Shown piece by piece: positions 9,761 to 19,029 of a DNA stretch of 64,000 nt (the first letter of the stretch is position 1; every line of letters starts with the position of its first letter). A program made the position numbers and the translations under genes. The notes beneath the pieces were generated by a model that did not search any database, was not told the origin of the DNA, and saw only the letters and a program-made list of their open reading frames with translations. The stretch spans positions 5,863 through 69,862 of the forward strand of contig JAISNN010000032.1 of NCBI GenBank assembly GCA_031276195.1, read 5' to 3'. The DNA is from Clostridiales bacterium. Lineage in GTDB: Bacteria > Bacillota > Clostridia > Christensenellales > JAISNN01.

Positions 9761-12700
9761 ATGAAAAAGTTTTTCGGAAAAATCGAAACCTATATGCTCA
9801 AACTGAGAATCCGTTTTCACAAAAAAAGCGGAAGGCTCGGGCGCGCGAAGCGTACGGATATGGGGCGGCTGCTTTCGGGCGAATTTTTTAAGTTTGCGAA
9901 GGGGGGGACTTTTAAGGTTTCCGTCATAGTTCTCATATTGTCTATGATTTTAACCGTGTCGATTTATGACCCGAACGGGGGCATTATGGATTTGGCGAGC
10001 CGCTTTATGGGCGGCACGATGGATACGGACGTGTTCGCCGGGATCGACGGCTTAAACGATGACCTTTTGTCGATCGCGGGAGAGTTGGGCGTGGGTATTC
10101 CCGCCGAAGCGATGTCGCTTATGGACGAATATTTCGGCGACGATGAAAAGGTCAAATATCTTTCCGTTTCGCCGAAAGAATATTACAAAAGTATCAACCC
10201 CGCGCGCTTTTTTGAGGACGCTTTGCGTGAAAATTACGGGTTCAGCGACGAAATGACCGAATTTATATTGGAAAACCGCAATTTTTTGAAGTTGATTTTG
10301 ACGACGGATACCCTTATGAAAGCCGTTCAGGACTTCGCCGCCGGGAATTCAAGCCCTCTCGCGAACGATATAGTCAAATTAGCGGAGGATAACGCTTATA
10401 TAATCGGCGTCGTCGTTTCGGTCGTCAAACTCGCGGAGATTTTGTCCGGTACGCCCGCTTTGACGAACGTCGAAGACGTGTTCGAAAAACTTAAAGATCC
10501 CGCCGAAAAAGATGAGTATCGATTAGCCGAATTTTACGGGGAATTTCTCGGCGCGCTGATGAATTATCAGGGCGAAGTAACGCCTTTGAATATAGCGGAC
10601 GTTATAAAGGAATGCTATGAAAAAACGCGGCTCTATACCGCGCATAAAGTGTCCGCCGGAAGGTTTTTCACGGAGGTCGCTCCGAACCCCTTCGATTTCT
10701 TGGTTTTTTGCCGCGACATATACGCCAGCGGCATTATCGGCGCGCTGTTTATGCCCGAAGCGGAGGTGAATTTCGCGTTTGCCGATTTTCTTTTGAACGC
10801 GGCGGTTATGGCGGCTTTGCCCTATGAATTTAAAGAGGGCGAAAAGCCCGACGGCTACGACGGAATGTCGGACGCGGAAAAAGCCGACGTTTTGAAAAAC
10901 GCGAAATTCGAGTCCGTAAAGGAGTATATATTCGCCTTTTTGAGCGTGAATTACCCCGGATTTTACGCGTATTTTAAATCGCTCCCTCTCTTCGACCCGA
11001 AAACGCTGTCAAGACTTGTCCCGGAAGACTATCTGAGAGCGGAAATTTTGCAAAAAGCGCCGTATATTTTGGACGTTTACGTCGAAATGATTACGGTTTT
11101 GGCGGCGGATTCCGGAGATAACTATAAAGGATTGATGGACTTCGCGCTGTATTTCGCGATTATGGGCGACTTGCACGACACTCTGTACGGAAATTATTTC
11201 GGCAATATGGTCGGGCTCAGGAATATTATGATCCGCGTACACAACCTCCTGGACTACTTTTATAACGACGGAAACTACGGCAAATCATCACGCGACTTCA
11301 TCCAAGACGAAATAGTCAGTCTGGGGCGGATGTTTGAGGAATTGCTGAGCATTTTGAACGAAGAGCCGGTTTCGCCCGAAGAACAACTGCAAACCTTGAC
11401 CGATAAACTCGCGGACTTTAATTGGAGATATCAAGATCTCGCCTTGTACGTTTGGGCGGGAAGGGGAGAGGTTACTCTCGGGCTGTATTCGGGCGAGTCC
11501 GCGGTGCAACCCCCCGAACATTACGAGGAATTCGAGAAGCAGTGGCAAAGTTTTTCGCGGTCGCTGACGAGCGTCAAGGGCGTTTTGGACAACCCGTCTA
11601 AATCGACGGCGGTAAAACTCGAAAACGTCCGCCGCTTGATTACGAATATGTATAACAACGCGAACGGCTTTTTCTCGGACGTCGGCAGAATCGCGGGCAA
11701 ACCGATCGAGGAGAGTATGACGAAGTTTTTCGACGCTTTTTCGGAACTCCGCACCGCCGTTATAGATAAGGAATTCTTCGAGGAAAATTACGCCGTCGTT
11801 CAAGAAAAATTGAAAGAGGCGTTTTCGGCGTATTTCACCGTCTTTAAAGATAGGGATTTCGTCGAATTGGGCGGGATATATTGGCTGTTCGAAGGCGAAG
11901 AGGCGGAGCGGATGCAAAACCTCTACAACGAACAAAAAGAGTTTACATACCCCGAATTCCGCGATACCAGCCGCACGTTCACAAGACTCGCCGGGCTGAT
12001 AAACGACTACGTCGTGAAAGTCTATATGATCGAGGTTACGGAAAGCGAGGATCTGAACGACAAGGAATTGTCGGAAATGTACGGTATGATGAGCATATCC
12101 GTTATGGGTATGAGCGCGGGAATCACGAAATATTCGACCAAAAGCGATATCCAAAAGGATCGGTTCTATTTTGAAAATATGGAACTCTACGGGAAACTCT
12201 CGTCGCCCGGCTCTCTCGACAACGGCTACGGCTTTATGAGTTTCGGACTGAATTTCGCCTATCTTTTCGTCATAGTCGTCATTATAATCATCGCGTCCGG
12301 CACCGTCGCCGGCGAATACGAAACGGGTTCGATAAAACTGCTCTTGATCCGTCCGTACCGGCGTTGGAAATTTTTGACCGCGAAAATATTGTTCGTCGCG
12401 ATATGCTTAGCCGTGATGATGGTCTTTACGTACCTCTTTATGCTCCTTATCGCGTCGGAAGGCTTGCCCTCTTGGGAGGGGTGGCAAGGGCTTAGTTCGC
12501 GCGACGTGCTGGTCATCTTCGACGCGAGTTTTCCGATGGTCTTGAATCCATTCCTCGTCATCACGCTGGAATACGCCTTTTTCTACGTCCATATATTTAT
12601 GTACGCGCTGATCGGCGTCGTCGTGTCCACAATCGCAAAATCGAGAGTGGCGTCCGTCGCGGCTTCGGGGGGAGTTTTCTTTGCGGCGAATATACTTTCC

Positions 12701-12889
12701 GCGATTCTTTCGAGTTATAGCTGGTACCGCTTTATCATATTCAACAATACAAACCTGTTCGTATATATGTCCGGCGGCTCGTCTCTCGGCGATATGACGA
12801 TGGGCCTTTCGGCGTTGGTCTACGGCGCGTATTTGGTATTGCTCTTGGGAGCGAGTTACTTTATATTCGAGAAGAGAGACGCGGTGTAG
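9761..12889 (+). CDS. ABC transporter permease with very large extracytoplasmic domain
   Basis: 'GEFFKF' plus TM1, ~770-aa insert, then 'AGEYETGSIKLLLIRPYRRWKFLTAK' and multiple TM helices ending FEKRDA. Confidence 0.85.
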   Translation: MKKFFGKIETYMLKLRIRFHKKSGRLGRAKRTDMGRLLSGEFFKFAKGGTFKVSVIVLILSMILTVSIYDPNGGIMDLASRFMGGTMDTDVFAGIDGLNDDLLSIAGELGVGIPAEAMSLMDEYFGDDEKVKYLSVSPKEYYKSINPARFFEDALRENYGFSDEMTEFILENRNFLKLILTTDTLMKAVQDFAAGNSSPLANDIVKLAEDNAYIIGVVVSVVKLAEILSGTPALTNVEDVFEKLKDPAEKDEYRLAEFYGEFLGALMNYQGEVTPLNIADVIKECYEKTRLYTAHKVSAGRFFTEVAPNPFDFLVFCRDIYASGIIGALFMPEAEVNFAFADFLLNAAVMAALPYEFKEGEKPDGYDGMSDAEKADVLKNAKFESVKEYIFAFLSVNYPGFYAYFKSLPLFDPKTLSRLVPEDYLRAEILQKAPYILDVYVEMITVLAADSGDNYKGLMDFALYFAIMGDLHDTLYGNYFGNMVGLRNIMIRVHNLLDYFYNDGNYGKSSRDFIQDEIVSLGRMFEELLSILNEEPVSPEEQLQTLTDKLADFNWRYQDLALYVWAGRGEVTLGLYSGESAVQPPEHYEEFEKQWQSFSRSLTSVKGVLDNPSKSTAVKLENVRRLITNMYNNANGFFSDVGRIAGKPIEESMTKFFDAFSELRTAVIDKEFFEENYAVVQEKLKEAFSAYFTVFKDRDFVELGGIYWLFEGEEAERMQNLYNEQKEFTYPEFRDTSRTFTRLAGLINDYVVKVYMIEVTESEDLNDKELSEMYGMMSISVMGMSAGITKYSTKSDIQKDRFYFENMELYGKLSSPGSLDNGYGFMSFGLNFAYLFVIVVIIIIASGTVAGEYETGSIKLLLIRPYRRWKFLTAKILFVAICLAVMMVFTYLFMLLIASEGLPSWEGWQGLSSRDVLVIFDASFPMVLNPFLVITLEYAFFYVHIFMYALIGVVVSTIAKSRVASVAASGGVFFAANILSAILSSYSWYRFIIFNNTNLFVYMSGGSSLGDMTMGLSALVYGAYLVLLLGASYFIFEKRDAV

Positions 12890-12918
12890 AGGCGTGAAAA
12901 ACGGGAGAGGAAATCGGC

Positions 12919-12955
12919 CGCCCCACCCCTTTGATCCCCCCCGCGGAGGGGAATT
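12919..12955. repeat. REP-like palindromic element
   Basis: CGCCCCACCCCTTTGATCCCCCCCGCGGAGGGGAATT. Confidence 0.75.
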
Positions 12956-13056
12956 GAGGATAACATTCACCGGCCGCTAATCACACTATTTAATAACAGC
13001 GTCCGCCGGCCGCCGGCCGCTAAATACAAGACAAGAACAATGGGAGGAAAACCCGA

Positions 13057-15534
13057 ATGGCTTTCTTTAGAAAAATGAAAAATATGTTTAGATTTAAAGA
13101 GATGTATAAACTTGTCAAGGGCGAACTTTTTAAGTTTGTAAAGAGCGCGACTTGTCTTGTTTTGGTCATTTTCGTAATGCTCTTTATAATCGTAACCTCC
13201 TTAGTCTACGACCCCGATTCGGAGGGCTTAGGCAATATGGCGGATTTTTTGGGCGGTTCGGTATACGCGGACGACTATTTTTCGGACTTAAAGAACGCGT
13301 CCTATTCGGAATATATAGACAGATACGAGATCGAAACGCCCCTCCCCGACGGTGAGATCGAGGCGGAATTTTCTCTCGAATTGAAACAAAAATTTATCAC
13401 GACCAAGCGTCAAGACTATTACGCGTCCTTAAACCCCGTCTTGAACGTAGTAAAAGACGTCAGACACCTTTGGGATCCAAAAATCTTTAACTTTATGGCG
13501 GAGGATTTTAATTTTTATAATTTGTTTATCGCGTCGGGCGAAATCTTTTCGGAGAGGAGCGCGGACGTCGAAACTTTGTTTAAAAACAACGGCGCGGATA
13601 CGATCATAAACATATTGAAAGGCGGCGGCGGCGGTACGCGCGCGATGCTTTTCGAGAGCGAATCAAGGCTGAAACTTCTCGTGGGCGACGATATTTTCGG
13701 GCTTATCAATTCCGACGCCGAAAAAAGACGCTTGGTCGAAGTCTTGCATGCCGCCTATAAAATCGAGGGCGGCGGAGCGGTCGCCGCGCTGGTTCATTAC
13801 GTGTCGTATTTTCAAAGCGTTCACGGGCATATAAACTATATGGCGAAATCGGTGTTCGGCGGAATCGCGGGCAACTTAGACCGCGCGAAAAGATTCTTTT
13901 ATTACGTCAAGGACAGCGGCTATACTAAGTCCGTGCCGGACTTTATCAACGCGCTGATCTTGGATTACGGAGACGCGTACTACGAACTTAACGACGCTAT
14001 CGGCAAGGCGGAGGACGATTACGTCGCAAACGGAAAAAAGTATACGGAAGAGAGCATAGAGGAACTGATCGAGGCGTACAAAAAATTTAATTCGCGGTAC
14101 TATACCGCGCGCGGAATGATCACCGTAGGCTACAATACGGGCGTGAATTTCTTGTTTTTTCCCACGACGCCCGAGGAGGGAAATATAATTTCATCCTTTA
14201 TCGCGCCCGCGCCCGAAGCGTATCAAGCCTTTCAAGCGCGGCATACGCGCATATCCGAGGAGTTTAAAAACGCCGACGGAATTCTGGACGAAACAAACGT
14301 TTCGCCGAAAATCGTTTTCGACACGATCAAGGGCTTTTATGAAACGCTGGAATTGGAAGCGTTGGTTTTCACTAAGGAAAGCGTGGATATCTCCGTCAGA
14401 ATGGAGGACAGTCTCGCCGTCGCGAACGACAGCCTAAGGATCGTATTCTCAAAGGAAATCTACGACGAAGACTTCGCCTTTATCGACGCGCGGCTCGACG
14501 AATTGCTGGTCATTATGTCGAGATTGTCGCGCTTGGACAACGTGAGCAAATATTACAAGTCGTTCTATCAAGAGCCGCTCATAACCGCGCTTTCGGAGGG
14601 CTACGCGGAGGATTTTTTCGCTCCCGAAGAGTTTTTTAATAACGCGCAAAAATTAGTCATCGAAAGCGGCTACATAAACGAATATTTCAAAAAACAAAAT
14701 TTCTCCCTCATCGTCGAACAAGAAAAATATACGGACGACGACGTGAGCAATATATACGGACTTTTTAACTTTCTCGTCATCGGAACGTCGAAATATTCGC
14801 TCAGGAGCGACGTCGCGAAAATCGTCTTTATGCTGGACAACCGCGAAAGTCTCGGAACGCTGACCACCCCTCTCGCCCTCGACGGCGGTTACGGTTTTCT
14901 CTTTTTCTCCTTTTCGATTCTCTATCTTTTCCTCATCATCGCGGGAATCGTCATCGGCGCGGGGACGATCGCGGGCGAACATACCGCGGGAACGATAAAA
15001 CTTTTGTTGATCCGTCCGTATAAGCGATGGAAGTTTTTGATGTCGAAAATAGTTATGGCGATAATCGTTTTGGCGGCGTTGTTCATAGTTTCATTCCTTT
15101 TGCTTTGGCTGATCGGCGGAATCTTTTGGGGCTTCGAGTCGGAATATAAGGTTCTCGTTATGTTCAACGCGACGAAAGTCATCATTATGAGTCAATTCCA
15201 AACCGCCGCGCTGATGGCATTGTTTTTCTTTATCGAATGCGTCATCTATATGCTGATCTCCGTTATGGTCTCGACGATATTCAAGTCGAAAAGCGGCGCG
15301 GTCGCGATCTCGATGGCGATATACTTCGCCGCGAATATCTTGATCTTGACGCTGTCGTCCAAGAGTTGGTTTAAATACGTGCTTTTTAACAACACGAATC
15401 TGTTTTTTTATATGTCAACCGGTCCGACGCTGAACGATATGACGTTCGGATTTTCCGTCATCGTGGATCTGATATATATCTTTATCATAATGACTGCGAC
15501 CTTTTGGGTGTTTACGAAAAAGGACGCGAATTAA
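13057..15534 (+). CDS. ABC transporter permease (paralog of preceding gene)
   Basis: 'GELFKF' plus TM1, ~560-aa insert, 'AGEHTAGTIKLLLIRPYKRWKFLMSK', ends FTKKDAN. Confidence 0.85.
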   Translation: MAFFRKMKNMFRFKEMYKLVKGELFKFVKSATCLVLVIFVMLFIIVTSLVYDPDSEGLGNMADFLGGSVYADDYFSDLKNASYSEYIDRYEIETPLPDGEIEAEFSLELKQKFITTKRQDYYASLNPVLNVVKDVRHLWDPKIFNFMAEDFNFYNLFIASGEIFSERSADVETLFKNNGADTIINILKGGGGGTRAMLFESESRLKLLVGDDIFGLINSDAEKRRLVEVLHAAYKIEGGGAVAALVHYVSYFQSVHGHINYMAKSVFGGIAGNLDRAKRFFYYVKDSGYTKSVPDFINALILDYGDAYYELNDAIGKAEDDYVANGKKYTEESIEELIEAYKKFNSRYYTARGMITVGYNTGVNFLFFPTTPEEGNIISSFIAPAPEAYQAFQARHTRISEEFKNADGILDETNVSPKIVFDTIKGFYETLELEALVFTKESVDISVRMEDSLAVANDSLRIVFSKEIYDEDFAFIDARLDELLVIMSRLSRLDNVSKYYKSFYQEPLITALSEGYAEDFFAPEEFFNNAQKLVIESGYINEYFKKQNFSLIVEQEKYTDDDVSNIYGLFNFLVIGTSKYSLRSDVAKIVFMLDNRESLGTLTTPLALDGGYGFLFFSFSILYLFLIIAGIVIGAGTIAGEHTAGTIKLLLIRPYKRWKFLMSKIVMAIIVLAALFIVSFLLLWLIGGIFWGFESEYKVLVMFNATKVIIMSQFQTAALMALFFFIECVIYMLISVMVSTIFKSKSGAVAISMAIYFAANILILTLSSKSWFKYVLFNNTNLFFYMSTGPTLNDMTFGFSVIVDLIYIFIIMTATFWVFTKKDAN

Positions 15535-15611
15535 AAAAAGGTTTGAAAATATACGGACGGAATATAGAGAATTATAGAAAAACCCTTAAAAATGAGAGAA
15601 AAAAAATCTGC

Positions 15612-15647
15612 CGCCCCACCCCTACACCCCTCCCACGGAGGGGAATT
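15612..15647. repeat. REP-like palindromic element
   Basis: CGCCCCACCCCTACACCCCTCCCACGGAGGGGAATT. Confidence 0.75.
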
Positions 15648-15725
15648 TCACCGATACTAACCGCCGACCGCTGATACATACCGCCGCATACCGCTAAAAT
15701 ACCGCCGATTACTAAAAGAGGACTT

Positions 15726-16328
15726 ATGAACGTTCTGATCGCCGACACGACGAGAGAAACTCTATTGCTTATTTTTTTGAAAGGAAACGAAACGTTCGTC
15801 CGAAAAAGCGCGGACGCGAACGGCCGCCATACGGCGCGGCTTTTTAGCGAAATCGACGCGCTTTTAAAAGAAGCGGGGGCGGACGCGCAAGAGATTGACT
15901 TTTTTGCGGGCGCGGTGGGACCGGGATCGTATACGGGGATCAGAATCGGCGTTTGCGCGTTGACGGCGATGGCAAAGGCGTTGAAAAAACCGCTCGTTTC
16001 GGTCAATTCTCTGGAAGTTTTTGCATATAAAAACCGCGGTATAGAAGCGCGGATTTTTCTCGTCGACAGCGGACACGACTACTACGCTTTGGAACGGACG
16101 GACGGAGGCGGAAAAAAGTATTTTATTTTGAATTACGACGAACTGAAAAAATATAAAAACGCCGTGAAAAGAGACGAAAACGACTGCTATGCGGACGAAA
16201 TTATAGGGCTGGTCAAGGAAAAAATCGCAAACGGAGAATACGGCGATACTATGGTTCCGTTTTATATGAAAAAATCTCAGGCGGGACGGGAATACCGTGG
16301 CGCGGCAGACCCGGGAATCGTTTTGTGA
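15726..16328 (+). CDS. tsaB: tRNA threonylcarbamoyladenosine biosynthesis protein TsaB
   Basis: 'ADTT...H...VGPGSYTGIRIG' motif; followed by rimI as in the usual gene order. Confidence 0.9.
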   Translation: MNVLIADTTRETLLLIFLKGNETFVRKSADANGRHTARLFSEIDALLKEAGADAQEIDFFAGAVGPGSYTGIRIGVCALTAMAKALKKPLVSVNSLEVFAYKNRGIEARIFLVDSGHDYYALERTDGGGKKYFILNYDELKKYKNAVKRDENDCYADEIIGLVKEKIANGEYGDTMVPFYMKKSQAGREYRGAADPGIVL

Positions 16329-16397
16329 TAAGGAAAGGGTTTGAGTCAAAAAACGCGGTAAAAACGCGGTAAAAACGCCCGAAACACGCCGTGAAAA

Positions 16398-16620
16398 ATA
16401 TCCGGAATCCGTCAAAAGAATTGCGGTTTGAAACTGCGGAAAGGCGGTATAAGAGAGGAATTTTAGAGGCGGAACAAGCGATATAAAAACCGCTATAAGA
16501 GGGGATTTAAGGCGGAATAATCCGGAATCCGTCAAAAGAATTGCGGTTTGAAACTGCGGAAAGGACGGTATAAGAGAGGAATTTTCGAGGCGGAGCAAGC
16601 GATATAAAACCGCTATAAGA
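16398..16620. repeat. Intergenic direct duplication (~120 bp period)
   Basis: ATCCGGAATCCGTCAAAAGAATTGCGGTTTGAAACTGCGGAAAGG... twice. Confidence 0.8.
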
Positions 16621-16668
16621 ATGGCAAAATTTTAAGACAATATTTACAACGCGGGATTCGTAAAAAAT

Positions 16669-17094
16669 ATGATTAGAAATGCCGGAATAGGCGATATAAA
16701 AAAAATCGGCGGAATCGAAAAGGAAAATTTTCACGACGCGTGGAGCGGAGAAATGATACGCGGTACGCTGGAAAATCCGTCGGGAGAGGCGTTCGTTTTC
16801 GAGGAGGACGGGCGCGTCGTTTCGTATGTCTGCCTGCTCGCGGCGTGCGGCGAGGCGGAGATTTTGAGAATCGGAACCGAAGGAAAAAATAAACGCAAAG
16901 GATACGCGGGCGCGCTCGTCGAATATACTTTAAAAAGCCTTAAAAAACGCGGTATAGACTCGCTTTTTTTGGAGGTTCGTTCCGATAACCTTCCCGCCAA
17001 AAAACTGTATGAAAAATACGGTTTCCAAAAAATCGCCGTCAGAAAAAAATATTACGGCGATACGGACGCGGAAATTTATAAATACGTTTTTTAA
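16669..17094 (+). CDS. rimI: Ribosomal-protein alanine N-acetyltransferase (GNAT)
   Basis: 'AWS...EAEILRI...KRKGYA...LFLEVRSDNLPAKKLYEKYGF...RKKYY..DA'. Confidence 0.9.
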   Translation: MIRNAGIGDIKKIGGIEKENFHDAWSGEMIRGTLENPSGEAFVFEEDGRVVSYVCLLAACGEAEILRIGTEGKNKRKGYAGALVEYTLKSLKKRGIDSLFLEVRSDNLPAKKLYEKYGFQKIAVRKKYYGDTDAEIYKYVF

Positions 17095-17697
17095 GGTTTT
17101 TTGAATTTTTATTTTTAAACGCGAAAGAAAACTTTTTCGTAAAAAGTTTTCTCCCGTACTCTCTTTCAAAAACTTTTAATGATTTTAAGAGGAGCGGAGC
17201 ATTCGCTAAATAAAAGTAAAATCCGCTTTTCTTTAAAAAAACTTTCCGCTAATTTTGAGAGGAGCGGAATATCCGTTAATTCAAAATAAATCAAAGAGAA
17301 AAAAGAGGCGTTAAATAAGCGTAATAAATCGGAGAAAAAAAAGGGGATGCGGAGAAATCAAATAAACGTGATATAAAATATAAAAAACAAAACAAGGGAC
17401 TGCTGAAAAGTCAAATAAACGTGATATAATATAAAAAAACAGAACAAGCGGCGCGGAAAAGTCAAACGTAGTAAATATAAAAAAACAAAACAAACGGCGG
17501 CGACAAAGCAATGAGCGTGATATAAAATATAAAAAAAATAAAACAAGCGGCGCGGAAAAAATAAAAGATTCCGCGCCGTTCGTTTTGAATAGAAACAATG
17601 ATTGAGTTAAAAAATCGTTGACGGTTCTCGTTTTTTAAAGGTTTTTCAATGAAAAACGCGTCTAAAAATCTTTCCGCTTTAATCGCGGTTTCGTTTT

Positions 17698-17773
17698 TGG
17701 TGGAAACAACAGGGCTCGAACCTGTGACCCCTTGCGTGTGGAGCAAGTGCTCTCCCGACTGAGCTATGCTTCC
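17698..17773 (-). tRNA. tRNA-Val (anticodon CAC)
   Basis: GGAAGCATAGCTCAGTCGGGAGAGCACTTGCTCCACACGCAAGGGGTCACAGGTTCGAGCCCTGTTGTTTCCACCA, 76 nt, cloverleaf with TTCGA loop and encoded CCA; anticodon loop TCCACAC. Confidence 0.93.
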
Positions 17774-17927
17774 GCGAATGATATCATTATAGCATAAATT
17801 TTATTTTAGCGCAATTATTTTAGCGTATTTTTTTAAGAATGCGTTTTTTTGTTATTCTTTAAAAAGTATATCGCAATTTAATTTGCAATTTAATTTACAA
17901 ATTTTTAAAAAATTTTTCAAAAGGCTA

Positions 17928-17956
17928 TTGACAAAAGGTGAAAAGGGTGGTACAAT
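17928..17956 (+). promoter_or_regulatory. SigA-type promoter for the collagen-like genes
   Basis: TTGACA-N17-TACAAT with TG before the -10 box. Confidence 0.7.
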
Positions 17957-18183
17957 TTTTATAATTTAGAATAGCGGAGTTGTTTTATTTGTACGTTCGG
18001 GCGGCGGTCGGTTGAAATCGGGGGTATGCTTTTATGAAACCGGCGCGAATGCTCGATTTAGATTCGCGTATACTTAAATTATACGAAAAAATAATTTTGC
18101 GTATAATTTCTTATTCGTAAATTATAATACAAAAAAAACAATTCGGATTTTATATCAAAAACTTTACGGAGGAACAAAAAAAT

Positions 18184-18819
18184 ATGAAAAGGTCTACAAA
18201 ATGCGCTTTATGCGTGCTGCTTTGCGTTTGCGTGGTCTTTTTCGCTACGGCTTGCGATGTTTTTCAAAAAACGGTGACTCTCAAATTCGCCTTGTCCGAA
18301 GATGGTTATCTCACAATTAACGGCGAAAAAACACCTATTCCGCTAGGTAACGACGGTCTTCCCGGCGAAGACGGCAAAGACGGCAAAGACGGCAAAGACG
18401 GCATAGACGGCACGGTCGGTCCGAAAGGCGACACCGGTCCGCAAGGTCCGAAGGGTGATACCGGTCCGCAAGGCGAAAAGGGCAGGGACGGCGTCGACGG
18501 CGAAAAGGGCGAAAAGGGCGATGACGGTCCGCAAGGTCCGCAAGGTCCGCAAGGTCAAAAAGGCGACACGGGTCCGCAAGGTCCGAAAGGCGATACCGGC
18601 GCACCCGGCGCGCAAGGTCCAAAAGGCGATACAGGCGCACCCGGCGCGCAAGGTCCGAAAGGCGACAAGGGCGAGGACGGCGAAAAAGGCGATACGGGAA
18701 AAAGCGCGTACGAACTCTATAAGGACTATTACTTCAACGAGTTCGGCGAGGAGTATACGGGCGACGAGCAAACTTATATCGAAGATTTGGTTTCCGGCAG
18801 ACTGAGAACGGCGAATTAA
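18184..18819 (+). CDS. Collagen-like lipoprotein
   Basis: Lipobox-like 'FFATAC', continuous Gly-X-Y run, C-terminal 'GKSAYELY...YTGDEQTYIEDL' motif. Confidence 0.85.
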   Translation: MKRSTKCALCVLLCVCVVFFATACDVFQKTVTLKFALSEDGYLTINGEKTPIPLGNDGLPGEDGKDGKDGKDGIDGTVGPKGDTGPQGPKGDTGPQGEKGRDGVDGEKGEKGDDGPQGPQGPQGQKGDTGPQGPKGDTGAPGAQGPKGDTGAPGAQGPKGDKGEDGEKGDTGKSAYELYKDYYFNEFGEEYTGDEQTYIEDLVSGRLRTAN

Positions 18820-19029
18820 GGGCGGTTAAACGGAATTTGCGGTTTTAATCCGGGCGCGTTATGTAAATTTGCGTGAATAAACCCTTGCGGGGGCAATAAG
18901 CGCGAAAACGCCGTTGATCCGGATTGATCTTGACGCGCCGCGGATTTGCGTAAAATGCGCAAATTTGCGTATTTGAATTTTTCAGCGCGGCGGATTTCGG
19001 CGTTTTCCGGAATATTTGGAGGAATGAAG

